Part shown: piece after piece, positions 1 to 11,280 of the stretch
Numbering within the stretch: the stretch's first letter is position 1
Layout of the letters: each line of letters starts with the position of its first letter
Source: Naegleria gruberi
Taxonomy: Eukaryota
Length of the DNA: 64,000 bases
Assembly (NCBI GenBank): GCA_000004985.1
Contig: GG738896.1
Direction: 5' to 3' (one strand)
The notes under the pieces: model-generated
Told to the model about the DNA's origin: nothing
The model's input: only the letters and a program-made list of their open reading frames with translations
Databases searched by the model: none
Translations under genes and position numbers: made by a program

Positions 1-2070
1 GTCAAGGTGAATATTCACCAATTCAATGAGTACAATAACGAATCCTCTGGTAAATAAGGAAACATTGAGGGCTTTGTGGAAAGAAACAGTAAAATTGTTC
101 CAGGCCATAAAGGAGATTGCGAATAAAATAAGTGAGAATGCATTGGATGCAATTGTTGTTGAGTAGTGATATCTGAAAAACATAATCAAAGTTGTGAAAA
201 TGTCAATATTCAGAGTAGCTTCAGCATTGCTTACATCTCCATTCGATAATTCACATCCAGAAATGAATTCAATTTGGAACTTTGAATGATTTCTATTACT
301 TTCAAAGAATTTGAGTTTGTAATTTGCCAAGTTGGAGGAAAAAGGTTCAATACGTTCCTCCTTTCCGTCGTGTGATTTGATCTTGATAATACCATCTACC
401 AAATTATTTTTACAAAAATGTTGAACTCTTAATGAATAGGCAAATTGTGGTCTAACTCCTGCAAAGTTGACTTTCAAATGATTTGAAATTCTGCTCAATA
501 AAAATGGATAAGGGTGGAAACCAACATGTGTAGACACAGTCACTTTAACATCATGAACCACCAATTGACTAGCTCTTTGACTATCTACAATAATGTAGTC
601 ATAGTCAGAAACGTGTTTTTTCTTTAAAGTGACAAAGGATTTGACTTTCTTTGGAGAAATTCTGCTCTCATCAATATCGTTATCAGATCCAACAACATCA
701 AAGAATGGAAGTGAATCAATGTGATCGTGAATGAGAACTTGTGTGGAATTTGTCTTTACGAAAACCAACTTGACCTCTGACTTTAAGCCAGTAAATAAGA
801 GTGAAAATTCATCGACTTTTTTGAGGATATTCTTCACATGAATCACTGGATTTGATGAAGTGAGTGGTGAAGATACGGAGACAGCCTTTGCAAGATTATA
901 CTTGCTAATGTCATACTTCTTTGGTGGGTTATTGTAGAATGAGAGCTCGGAATTCTTATTAGTGAAATATTTTTCAAATATCTTGACCTTCTTCTTGGTT
1001 GACAAATCCATACCACCTTCATAGGCATAATGAACTAAAAATTTGGCAATAGGAAGAATAATTTGTTTACACCATGTGATAGCTTGATGATCAGTTGAGC
1101 AATGAGTATTTGGAACTGAGGTTGTAGACATGATATGGTAGAAATTTGAATTGTTTTTTCCAAGCAAAGGATTTCCAGTGAGATCACTTCTAATTAGCTC
1201 ATCATGCCAACCACCTCCAATCGAGAAAATATCAACCTTTGGATGTGGCAAACGAACCAATTGTTGATAGAATAAATCACTATCCCTGTCCAATAAGACT
1301 GGATGTCTCTTGAATGGAGTACTCAAAGTAATTAGTGTTCTAATTGGGAGAATATCCTTTACAGTTAAAGCACTTGCTGCCTTTAAAACAATACCTCCCA
1401 TACTGTGTCCAACTGCAATAATTTCCTTTGGTTTGTTTTCCTCAGAAGTATAAAGTGATGTAATATATTTCATAACTCCCCTGACATATTTAGCTTGTCT
1501 CACAAGCACATCTCCACTCAAAGCACTCAATTGTTCATTGAAATCCACAAGAAAAACATCAAAATCTTGAGGCAATTTGGCCTTTTCCACATTCTCTCTC
1601 AAAAAACTTCCTTGAAACATGTCCAAATAAACTCTATCTTGTAATTGATACTTTTCCAATCTAGAAATAAATTCAAGTGGTGAAACCCCAAGAGCACGTC
1701 CCTGTTTCATCGATCCAGAATTTCCATGCACAAACAAAATCGGAATTCCCCTATAATACTTTGATTTTGGATCCAACTTTTGTTTTCTCTGCTGATCAAT
1801 ATCATCAACAAATCGATACAAAGTATAGGGAGGTGATTTATCATATTTAGATAAAGTACTCGCATTAGAATCATCTTCGCCAATATAATTAAAAGGCAGA
1901 GGAATATAATTCGGTCTCATCCACGACATGATACACTTGTAGGGTTCATCCTCCGATTGGTGAGAATAATTTTCAATCCAATAGTAGTACAATACCCGAC
2001 CAGCTAGGAGAAAAATCAGCGCGAAGAGTAGGCTGCCTAGAACGTGTAAAAGTTGTGAAGCTTTGGACAT
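1..2070 (-). CDS. GPI inositol-deacylase (PGAP1/Bst1-like), partial; 3' end lies beyond the window start
   Basis: Continuous minus-strand frame from the ATG at 2068-2070 (MSKASQLLHV...) to position 1. Motifs IPILFVHGNSGS and VGHSMGG match the PGAP1 lipase signature. An N-terminal TM segment is present. The ORF track misses it because no stop lies inside the window. Confidence 0.7.
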   Translation of the reverse strand, partial: MSKASQLLHVLGSLLFALIFLLAGRVLYYYWIENYSHQSEDEPYKCIMSWMRPNYIPLPFNYIGEDDSNASTLSKYDKSPPYTLYRFVDDIDQQRKQKLDPKSKYYRGIPILFVHGNSGSMKQGRALGVSPLEFISRLEKYQLQDRVYLDMFQGSFLRENVEKAKLPQDFDVFLVDFNEQLSALSGDVLVRQAKYVRGVMKYITSLYTSEENKPKEIIAVGHSMGGIVLKAASALTVKDILPIRTLITLSTPFKRHPVLLDRDSDLFYQQLVRLPHPKVDIFSIGGGWHDELIRSDLTGNPLLGKNNSNFYHIMSTTSVPNTHCSTDHQAITWCKQIILPIAKFLVHYAYEGGMDLSTKKKVKIFEKYFTNKNSELSFYNNPPKKYDISKYNLAKAVSVSSPLTSSNPVIHVKNILKKVDEFSLLFTGLKSEVKLVFVKTNSTQVLIHDHIDSLPFFDVVGSDNDIDESRISPKKVKSFVTLKKKHVSDYDYIIVDSQRASQLVVHDVKVTVSTHVGFHPYPFLLSRISNHLKVNFAGVRPQFAYSLRVQHFCKNNLVDGIIKIKSHDGKEERIEPFSSNLANYKLKFFESNRNHSKFQIEFISGCELSNGDVSNAEATLNIDIFTTLIMFFRYHYSTTIASNAFSLILFAISFMAWNNFTVSFHKALNVSLFTRGFVIVLIELVNIHLD

Positions 2071-2157
2071 TTTTTTTTAAAGTTTAATATTTAATATTAT
2101 TTAATAATATTTAATAGTATTACAAAGATTACAAAGATGCATGCTATTAAAATTGAA

Positions 2158-3126
2158 TTAATTATGAAAATTGAACTGTACATCATAGAGAGGTCGTTTC
2201 TCATTGATTCTAAATTTCATGGGTGCTTTATATCTCTTTAAACAAATCAAATTCCACATCTTGATTTTGCTCTCTGTTTCATCCATGCTCATTGTAATGG
2301 TTTTTGATATTTTCTTAATTTCAATTCCTTCCTCTTTGTAATTAATTTCACATTCCATCATGTCAATAATTTTGTAAATTGAATAGTTGGAATAAACAAC
2401 TTTTCCTTTACCTCCAAATTCAACTAGATAGTGAAGGGGAGAATAAGGAGCAATTTCACCTTTTACTTTTAACAAGATGAGTTGATTGCTATTTCTGGGA
2501 AAGTAAATCATTCCATGCACAAGTTTCCTCTTCTTGTAAAGGAATTTTCCATACATAAACTTTTTAATATTTAGAGTCACATCCACAATCACCAATTCAT
2601 TCTCAAGATTTTCAATTTGAAAAAACTTTTCATCCCTCATATTCATAACTGAAATAATGGCAAAGTTTGAATTGAGTAAGGTACAAATTTCATTTAATTT
2701 TGCCAAAATTGGATTAATAATTCTGTCCTTAATATCCTCATCCGATTCCCTGCTCAAAATATCTTGATATAACAAACTATATCTGGGCATTCGTCCACAA
2801 AACAAATGTGCCAATTGCCTTCTCAATTCAGGTTGACAAAGAGCAATGTAAGTGGAGAGAAAACCATCGATATTTAGCATTTTAATTAAATTTGATGTAA
2901 ATTCTTCTAATAAAAATTGATAATTATCGGGATTAATGGTTTTAGAATAGTTTGAAACTAATTGAGAGTTTGGCGAGATGAAATTTTGAAACTTTTGTAA
3001 ATGTGATTTGTAGAATTCAAACTGGGGTGATTTATCTGTCAGTAAGAGAGCAAATTGTATATGTTGAATGAAGGAAACTTCCGTTTCGAATAATTCACTC
3101 AATATATCAATCTTGGTTCTTGGCAT
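2158..3126 (-). CDS. RhoGEF-like protein with a DH-type domain followed by a PH-like region
   Basis: 322-aa ORF. The N-terminal SELFETEVSFIQHIQ resembles DH conserved region 1. CGRMPRYSLLYQDIL resembles the DH CR3 motif (P.QR.PRY.LLL.ELL). The domain is shorter than a canonical DH, so the call is tentative. Confidence 0.45.
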   Translation of the reverse strand: MPRTKIDILSELFETEVSFIQHIQFALLLTDKSPQFEFYKSHLQKFQNFISPNSQLVSNYSKTINPDNYQFLLEEFTSNLIKMLNIDGFLSTYIALCQPELRRQLAHLFCGRMPRYSLLYQDILSRESDEDIKDRIINPILAKLNEICTLLNSNFAIISVMNMRDEKFFQIENLENELVIVDVTLNIKKFMYGKFLYKKRKLVHGMIYFPRNSNQLILLKVKGEIAPYSPLHYLVEFGGKGKVVYSNYSIYKIIDMMECEINYKEEGIEIKKISKTITMSMDETESKIKMWNLICLKRYKAPMKFRINEKRPLYDVQFNFHN

Positions 3127-3308
3127 TTTTTAATTATTTTTATTGATAGGGTGACAGGAGATCAAGAATACTTCTATTTGAATGAGAGTAAAGATCCAGT
3201 ACAAAATTTAACTGGAATGGAACTAGGTCAACAATTTTCAGTCTTTAAAACCTTGAAAATGAATGGGCAATAGATTTGTGTATCAAGATCACAAAATAAA
3301 ACAGGTAA

Positions 3309-3380
3309 GGGGACCAGTGGGAATCGAACCCACGGCCTCTCGCACCCAAAGCGAGAATCATACCACTAGACCATGGTCCC
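3309..3380 (-). tRNA. tRNA-Pro (anticodon TGG)
   Basis: The reverse complement GGGACCATGGTCTAGTGGTATGATTCTCGCTTTGGGTGCGAGAGGCCGTGGGTTCGATTCCCACTGGTCCC is a near-canonical eukaryotic tRNA-Pro. It has a 7-bp acceptor stem, a TGG anticodon, a GGTTCGATTCC T-arm and a C discriminator. Confidence 0.9.
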
Positions 3381-3794
3381 TTCACGATTACTATCACAAA
3401 AATAGTCATTTTGACACATCAAATTTCAAGAAACCTTCAGCTTTTAACAATTCCAAAATTGGAAATTGGAAATTTTTGACTTTGGCTGGATTATTCACTT
3501 TCACTTTTATTTGTCAACACCAAAAGCGTCATTTGGAATATGCTTGTAGAATTGTAGTGTAGAATACTAAACAGCTAATGGATGTATTAATTTTTAATGA
3601 TGACATGAATTTGTATAAGTAGCCGTTGTCTTCGTAACAAAACGTCATCAAGATTTTAAAAAAAAATAACACCATAACGTACTGTGTCGTTTCCTATCGA
3701 GACGAGAAAAAAAGCGATCATCACAAATAATTAATTGATCATCATATCTTTAAAAATCCGTGGATATTGCATTATCATTATTTGAAAATAGAGA

Positions 3795-4833
3795 ATGCCA
3801 TTTTTGGATAGAACAAGCGAGATTCAATCTATTATACAGAATCAACAACAAAAGAAACAATATGAACAATCGGAAACTGTAAAAAAGACAAAGAAGAAAT
3901 CGGATAAGGATGTCACTGTGGCCGAATTTAATGGTAAGGCTAGACAAGTATCAAAAGAATTACAGGAAACTGCTGATTTATTACAAAAATTGACCAAGTG
4001 TATGTAATTCTATTAATCATATAGTAGTTTAGATTTATTATTAATAATTATAATAATAACAATGAATAACAGTGGTTAAGAAAAAGACACCCTTTGATGA
4101 TAATTCCGAATTGATAAAATCTTTAACGTTAAAAGTTAAAGAACAATTGTCAAATCAAGATTATTCCCTAAGAAGTCTTCAGGAAATTGTTGATAAAAAG
4201 CAGGAAAAGGAAAAGAAGAGTAATCAACAAACTCAACATTCTACCCAAATAATTACAGGACTTAATTCTAAACTGCTTTATGCCACTGAACAATTTCAAA
4301 ATGTCTTGAAAACAAGAACAACACAAATGAAAACTGACAAAAAAAGAAGAAATATGTATACATTCGAGTCTGGTGTCAAATCGATATCATCACTAACAGT
4401 AGCTGCATCACCAAATAACCACAGTCAATCAGGCAACAATATGATGGCAGCTGGATCGAGCGACGAGCCATCTATTCAAAATGAAAAAATTGATGAACTC
4501 ATTTCTGAAGGAAGTCAATTACAACAAGCCAACGCTTCATCAATTAATAGAAATATATTAGCCAGTAGAACAGATGATATTCTGAGTATTGAACGTGAGG
4601 TTGAAAAATTGGGAGGAATGTTCAACCATTTAGCCATGATGATCAAATCTCATGGTGAATTAACTCAGAGAATAGATCAAAACCTTACTACAGCAGCACA
4701 CGATTTAGAACAAGGTAAAGAGGAATTGTGGAATGTTTGGGAAAATACCAGAGGAAATACTGGCTTGATTCTCAAAGTTTTTGGAGTGCTCGTCATATTT
4801 ATTATCATTGTTGGCTTACTTGTTGTGAGATAA
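3795..4833 (+). CDS. Syntaxin-5/Sed5-like t-SNARE, 2 exons (3795..3999, 4073..4833)
   Basis: The N-terminus MPFLDRTSEIQ is like the Sed5 RDRT motif. A GTATGT donor sits at 4000 and the acceptor AG at 4071-4072, both phase 1. The C-terminus carries a Qa-SNARE heptad region (ILSIEREVEKLGGMFNHLAMMIKSHGELTQRIDQN) and a TM anchor. Confidence 0.8.
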
Positions 4834-4950
4834 ATAAATCATCAACAAACAAATTTTTGATTTAAGTTGAAAGTTTCTCCAGTTTAATCTTCGTATCACA
4901 AAACAACTTTACTCGCTTTTTACAAAACTCAAGAATCATAAAATATGAAA

Positions 4951-5023
4951 CGCCCACCGTGGGGGTCGAACCCACGACCACAAGGTTAAGAGCCTTGCGC
5001 TCTACCGACTGAGCTAGACGGGC
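4951..5023 (-). tRNA. tRNA-Lys (anticodon CTT)
   Basis: The reverse complement GCCCGTCTAGCTCAGTCGGTAGAGCGCAAGGCTCTTAACCTTGTGGTCGTGGGTTCGACCCCCACGGTGGGCG is 73 nt and cloverleaf-compatible. It is very close to eukaryotic tRNA-Lys-CTT. Confidence 0.9.
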
Positions 5024-5113
5024 TACATTCACAATGAAACTTATTCCTTGATATTCATTCCCGCCTTTGAAATAATTTTAGTTCCCAAGTGTTTGAGGAA
5101 CTTATTGAAAAAA

Positions 5114-7310
5114 ATGTCTCAAAATCTTTGTAATCTTCCCTCTCGAACAGGGCATTCTTGTGTGTTGTACAATAGCCATCATCACAAGAACAATTGTGTA
5201 TACATGTTCGGAGGAACTCTTTCCGATCAAAAAACATTTCCTTCCAATGATTTGATTGAAATTAATGTTGAAAATCAGGAATGGAAGGAATTTGAAAATT
5301 CAAAAGCTTCACCAGGTCCTCTCTTTCATCATTGTGCTTGTTTGCATAAATTGGAAAATCATGATGATAATGAGATGATCATTTTCGGAGGGAAATCAAA
5401 AAAGAAACATTTGCAGAACAAGGTTTGGAGCTTTAATTTCTATAGGAAGGAGTGGAAGTGCTTGAGCGAAGGAGACAAGATGGTATCGCCACGATTTGGT
5501 CATTCGGGTGTAGTTTTTGGAAATACTTTATTTGTTTTTGGTGGATTGGATGAGAAGAAGAAATTATGTAGGAATGAATTGATTGCTTTCAATTTGAAGA
5601 GCAAGCAGTGGAAATTAATTGAAATGAGTGTTTCTATTAGTGGGAGATGTCACCATGCAAGTGTTTTGGATCCAGAGAGTGGTGATTGGTATTTATTTGG
5701 TGGGCAATCTGGAAAGAATGTGTTGAATGATTTTGTGAGAATTAAGTTATCGACCTATGATGAAGGAGCTGCAAAATGTGAATCAGAAACTTTAATTTCC
5801 GATTTGAGTGAAGAATTTTCAAGATTTGGACATTCTATGGTGTTGGAGAAATTCGAAAGTGGATTGAAATTCTACTCAATTGGTGGTTATAATATGAAGA
5901 AGGATTTTTTGGATTGTGTTTCTCTCGATTTGAATAATATTTCAAAAGGATGGCAGATTGAAACTGAACATACTCTTTCAAAAACCTTTGAAAATGTCTC
6001 TCAAGATGTTGGACCTGTATTTCATGTCACTACCCCAATTATTATTACAAAAGAAAACGAAACAATTTTAACATACTTTGTATTTGGTGGACTTTATGAA
6101 AATACTAAACCTCCAAAGACAAAGGAAAAAATCAAGAAAGAAGACATTAAGAAAAAGTCAAAACTGCCCGAGTTTGATATTATCAAATTTGAAAATGAAC
6201 TCAATGATGATATTTTCAGATCTATTCTATCATTTTTGAGTATTCCAGATTTACTGAAATTGGAATTGGTTTGTAAGAGATTGAGAATTTGTAATCTCAC
6301 TACAGAAGATGAATTCTGGAAGGCGTACTATCACGACAGAATTAACTGGCTAAAAGAGGCAAGCAACACCACTAAATTGGAATTCAACAGTCAAACAGGA
6401 ACCTATGACACTATCATTGTTCCTTCTACTTTTTATGATACCTATCTTGATTCCAATAGTGATTATAAGAGGCACTTTGTTGAACTAATTGGAGATTTAA
6501 TGAAAGAAGCTGATAAGAATACAAACGAAAGATTAAACCTGATTAATAGGCTCCCAGACATTCCAAAGTATACTTTTAGAACTAGAGAAGAGGTTATGCA
6601 ACATGAATTACAACCTACTGTCAAGAGTGATATTAAGGTAGTTCTGATAGGTATGTAACTTCTAATAATTTCAATTTAATATTTGGTGATAGGAAATGCA
6701 GCTATAGGAAAGACATGTTTTTATCAAGCATTGAGGGGTATTCCTTTGGAACTTGATTACATTCCAACAGTTTTTGATAATTACTCAGTACAATGTCACA
6801 GTGAGGATGTTACTTTCAATATTGCTCTTTGGGATACAGCTGGACAAGTATGTTATAATGTTTGAATTTCTCTAACAACTACAATTAATTTTGGAATAGG
6901 CTGACTATGATAGACTTCGACCCCTTTCGTATCCACAGACGGATATATTTCTTGTTGGTTTCTGTTGTCTTTCTGAATTATCAATGAAAGAAACCATCTA
7001 TAAATGGAAAAAGGAAATAGAAACCTATATGCCAGATATAAAATTGCCAATCATTCTCATGAGCACAAAGATTGATTTAAGAGACGATCCAGTGCAGAGT
7101 AGAAAACTTTTAGTGACAGAAATGAAAAAGCCAATATCCTACCAAGAAGGTGAATTGTTGGCTAGAAAGCTTGGATGTGCAACATATGTGGAAACTAGTG
7201 CTTTGACAAATGCTGGAATGGATCGTATTTGTGAATTGATAATCAAAACGGTAGACCTTCACCGTTGTGGTGGAATCACAAAGAATGGAAAGAAGTGTCT
7301 AGTTCAATAA
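5114..7310 (+). CDS. Chimeric Kelch-repeat / F-box / Rho-family GTPase protein, 3 exons (5114..6650, 6693..6847, 6900..7310), CAAX box CLVQ
   Basis: The ATG at 5114 follows a TTG-initiated ORF start. Kelch-type repeats (FGG...W) fill the first 330 aa. An F-box-like segment reads DDIFRSILSFLSIPDLLKLELVCKRLR. Exon 1 ends KVVLIG, with a GTATGT donor at 6651. The 42-nt and 52-nt introns restore the Rho P-loop GNAAIGKT, then TVFDNY, WDTAGQ, ADYDRLRPLSYPQTDIFLV and LMSTKIDL, ending in CLVQ (a CaaX box). Confidence 0.75.
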
Positions 7311-7521
7311 TTATTAATTGTATCACAAGGTTTGAGTAGTAAATTGGAAGAAATTCTTTGAATCCAAATCATCTTTTCAATCACCCATTCATCAAAAGTG
7401 GTAAATTATTGCATTGAGTCCTTTATTCATTCTTTAGAAAGCCCAGTAACGCACATAGGAAAAGTTCTCGATTATGAAGCATCAAAATGTTGTATCAAGT
7501 ATACTTTATTGTTAAACGTAA

Positions 7522-7594
7522 GGGGATGTAGCTCACATGGTAGAGCGCTTCTTTAGCATGGAAGAGGTACGGGGATCGATACCCCGCATCTCCA
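7522..7594 (+). tRNA. tRNA-Ala (anticodon AGC)
   Basis: GGGGATGTAGCTCACATGGTAGAGCGCTTCTTTAGCATGGAAGAGGTACGGGGATCGATACCCCGCATCTCCA is 73 nt. It shows the G3:U70 Ala identity pair context and an AGC anticodon. Confidence 0.9.
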
Positions 7595-7640
7595 CTTATC
7601 CTTTTTCATCAAGGAATTAAGTATATTTTACTACATTTTA

Positions 7641-8600
7641 TTACATCAAGCCACAATTTGATAATATTGAAGTATTTTGCTTATTAATAACCTCCTTAAT
7701 GTAGTATCCATTTTTGCTTTTAGGAAAGCAAGCTGATTGAAAAAGAGCAAACCAAAAAGGAACATAACAATGTTCTACCTTCATGTCACCTTCCACAAAT
7801 ATTGACTTTTCAAATTGTAATGCCTTTTTCACAGCCTCTCGGTCAATAACTGGTTTTCCATTCCAAATTGGATTCAAATTCACAATTATTCCCAAATTCT
7901 GCAAATTCTTATTGTCTCTCAAATAAGAAAACCATTCGTCCAATTCATCAAATGAATGATGACCCATTGAAAAACATGTGATAATATTGATGGATGAAAT
8001 ACACTCTGTTTGATCGGATATATTATCTGAGAATTCATTTTTCTGAATGAACTCTAAATGACCATGGTAGTATTGAACTGGACCATCATAAATATTTCTA
8101 TAATCACGGAAACGAATAATTGAACCCAACCTTGAAGGACCAAATATTGGCATTCCAACTTTTACAAAGTTTAAGCTTTCAGTACATTCCAAATTTGGAA
8201 AATTGGAATTTTCATAAAGTATTGATCGGTAGAAATTCAATAAAGTGAATTTTGAATGATCCAAAATTTTCAACAAATTTGTTTTGGATTTTTCCAATTC
8301 TTTTTTCAAACAACATTCATACGACAATTCCAATAAATAAAATCGCATAAAATATTTCACATTTCCAATCAATCGAATCCTATTTTCAATATTTTTGCTC
8401 TTACTATTAGTATTCGATTCGAATATAAATGAAATTCTAAAATTACATTTAAAATTATTGTAAAATTTCATAATTTCATCGAAAGAAACAAAACACCTCC
8501 CGATCAATTGATAAATATTCCTATCAAGTGTCAGCAGTGAAGCCAAAACATCAATCGGAAGCATAAACTCCACCACAAGACCCCAAACATCTTGATTCAT
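7641..8600 (-). CDS. Hypothetical protein with an N-terminal F-box-like motif
   Basis: 319-aa ORF. The N-terminus WGLVVEFMLPIDVLASLLTLDRNIYQLI fits an F-box. The rest has no recognisable domain. Confidence 0.45.
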   Translation of the reverse strand: MNQDVWGLVVEFMLPIDVLASLLTLDRNIYQLIGRCFVSFDEIMKFYNNFKCNFRISFIFESNTNSKSKNIENRIRLIGNVKYFMRFYLLELSYECCLKKELEKSKTNLLKILDHSKFTLLNFYRSILYENSNFPNLECTESLNFVKVGMPIFGPSRLGSIIRFRDYRNIYDGPVQYYHGHLEFIQKNEFSDNISDQTECISSINIITCFSMGHHSFDELDEWFSYLRDNKNLQNLGIIVNLNPIWNGKPVIDREAVKKALQFEKSIFVEGDMKVEHCYVPFWFALFQSACFPKSKNGYYIKEVINKQNTSILSNCGLM

Positions 8601-8828
8601 TTTTTTTTAAAGTTATTGTAAACTGATTTGAGTTAAATAACTTCTATTTTACAAAACATCTTGTACAATTACACTTGTATTCATTCGAATAAAATAATAA
8701 GTTTCGTCCATTCTAATTTCTTTCCAGAAATATCTCAAACTCTCACGTGCATTTTCATGTATCATTCCTGAATCTCACTTTCTCTAATATATGCAAATAG
8801 ATATCATGTCAGTTAACCTTCAACTTTG

Positions 8829-9125
8829 TTACTTGATGCACTGTATAACAACCCTTTCATCTATTTTGAATCCGTGTCCAATAACGTGTCCATATCTAGT
8901 GGACATATTTGGACATGTCTCAAATTGTGCAGGATAACGAGTGTAGAATGAGGTAAATTGAATCGATGGATAGGGCCAAAATTCGACCTGAATCCAAAAT
9001 GTGACCATAATCTCAATTCCAAATTTGGAAATATTAAAATGAGTATTTATTTGCCTCTCAACAATTTGAGCTTTGGCTAATTTTTGGTAGAATGGTAAAT
9101 TGTTTGTCCTCGTTTCCTCTATCAT
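8829..9125 (-). CDS. Hypothetical small protein (98 aa)
   Basis: An isolated ORF in an otherwise gene-free 1 kb stretch. No recognisable motifs. It may be an exon of a larger unresolved gene. Confidence 0.2.
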   Translation of the reverse strand: MIEETRTNNLPFYQKLAKAQIVERQINTHFNISKFGIEIMVTFWIQVEFWPYPSIQFTSFYTRYPAQFETCPNMSTRYGHVIGHGFKIDERVVIQCIK

Positions 9126-9841
9126 TTAAAGAGCACACAACAGTTGAGTTTATATTTCATGCAAAACACAAAAAAAAACATGATTGACAATCTAATACAG
9201 TTTCTTCTGACAATTCTATTGCTACTGTTTAGTACTTTCTCGTTCTTTGAGTTGGACGAACTTGATGTGCAGGATAGAGCTCTTGTTCACATGATCAAAA
9301 GAATTGATTCATTTGATCTGATGAGTTATTAAGTTTTTTTTCTCTTTCGAATAGTTATTGTGATAGAAAACAGCAACTGTGGTTGTTGAGAACCTTCTGT
9401 GTAGAAGGTCGTTTCTCTTTACACTAACATTGCAACTAGAGAATACTACACTCTTTAGTCCTCTTTCTAATAAATCCTGAAATTATTCTAATCAGAATAA
9501 TGTTTGAAAAGCAACTTTACAATCTTTTACAGTTCTTCCAGGAATCTTTTCAATTGTAGAGCACCCTGGCTTTAAATTTTATTTAATATTGAATTAATTG
9601 AAACTCTTCAACATTCGAATAATTAAATTCAATTTGTTTACCACAAATAATTGTTAATCCTCCAAACTTGGAACTTCAATCAATCATTGTAATGGGCTTC
9701 AACAAAACCCGTCAAGGCAATGCTCCTTCACGTGTCAACGCTCAGAATTTTGTCACTGCAGTCTTTGAAATAAATTTAATTGACAAGTTGAAGCTGTCAA
9801 AATTTAAATCAAAAAAAACACAACTAAACACACTCACAAAT

Positions 9842-10959
9842 ATGTCCACTTATAAAGACGCCTCTGAAGCTGTTCTCTATGATAAGAATGGTTTGCCAAT
9901 CTATGGTATGGATTTGGAATTGGTATGTAATGATTATTCGAAACTGTTAAACTAAACAATTTTTCTTTTCCTCATTATTATTAATAATAATACAACAAAT
10001 ATTTTCCATTGCCAAATCATTAACCTCATCCATTGTATCAAACATTCCATCCACTCCACACTATTCTTTTATACGAAACCTTTCATAAATTTAAACAACT
10101 ATAGTACAAGAAACAAGCCGGTAAATACGATTCTGACAAGGAAAGAGAAGTTCAACAATGGATCGAATCTGTTGTTGGTGAAAAATTTGCTTCCAACGAT
10201 TTCCAAGAATCACTCAAGGACGGACACTTGTTGTGTAAATTGATCAACAAGATTAAACCAGGTTCCATTCCAAAAATCAACCAATCTAAATTACCATTCA
10301 TGCAAATGGAAAATATTGGTTACTTTTTGAAAGCTGCTGCTGATTTGGGTCTCCAAAAGCATGATGCTTTCATGACTGTTGACTTGTACGAATCAAAGAA
10401 TATTCCACAAGTTATTCAATCACTTTTCATTTTCGGTTCAGTTGTCCAAAAATTGCCAGGTTACAATTTGCCACGTTTAGGATTAAAGTTGGCCGATAAG
10501 AGAGAAATTGAATTCACTGAAGAACAATTGAGAAAGGCCAATGCTGAAGTTGGTCAACAATATATGGCAAGTATTAAGCACGATACTGGTCGTTCAATTT
10601 CCAGAGAAGTTGTCAAGACTCGTGATACTGGTGATGCTTCAGTTACTTCTCAATTGAGTACTGCTTCCATTAAACATGACACTGGTCGTTCAATTTCTAG
10701 AGAAGTTGTCAAGACTAGCTCTACAGGTGACAAGCGTTTCACTTCTCAACAAAATGAAAAGTCAATCTCACACGGTCAAGATAGATCTATCAGTAATGAA
10801 GTTGTCAAGATTCAACCATCTTCATCCAAGAGTCCAACAACCTCCTCTGGATCAATGGATGGTTTGGAAGAATTGGAAAAATTGGCCTCATTGAGAGATA
10901 AGGGAATTTTGACTGAAGAAGAATTCCAACAAAAGAAGAGACAAATTCTCGGATTGTAA
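9842..10959 (+). CDS. Calponin-homology (transgelin/Scp1-like) protein with a C-terminal SHOCT-like motif, 2 exons (9842..9922, 10105..10959)
   Basis: Exon 1 encodes MSTYKDASEAVLYDKNGLPIYGMDLEL. The GTATGT donor is at 9923 and the acceptor AG at 10103-10104. Exon 2 holds the CH domain (YDSDKEREVQQWIE...GHLLCKLINKIKPGSIPKIN...FMQMENIGYFLKAA...VDLYE). Three internal IKHDTGRSISREVVKT repeats follow. The tail is LASLRDKGILTEEEFQQKKRQILGL. Confidence 0.75.
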
Positions 10960-11280
10960 ATCTCATATAATCAAAGTACAAGTGAATAGAAGATTATATT
11001 CTTTTCTCAAATATATTAAATATTATAAAATAGTTAATTCAATATTAAATTTGGTTTCTTTTTGATGTAAATTATTATCGTCAATTCTGGAAATGCATTT
11101 CTTCTTTCTTCCATTTACATATCATCAATTATTAATAAATAATAATTTATTTCCGCATATTGTTGTTATTGTTTTGTAGTACAAACAAATTCATAGAGTT
11201 TAAACTACAAATCAAATTGTAAATTCATTAATCAAAAAGCAAGAATTGGGAAGTGAATATTTGTTCTTCTTGTTGATAAT

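Noticed and set aside
3263-3562. 99-aa plus-strand ORF overlapping the tRNA-Pro gene
   Set aside because: It is the antisense of a canonical tRNA (3309..3380) with no supporting features. It is an ORF-track artifact.
5048-5113. ORF-track starts at TTG/GTG codons (for example 5048, 4072, 6683, 10228, 19384, 61642, 51380)
   Set aside because: The ORF finder accepts alternative starts. In a eukaryote the first in-frame ATG or a splice junction was used instead.
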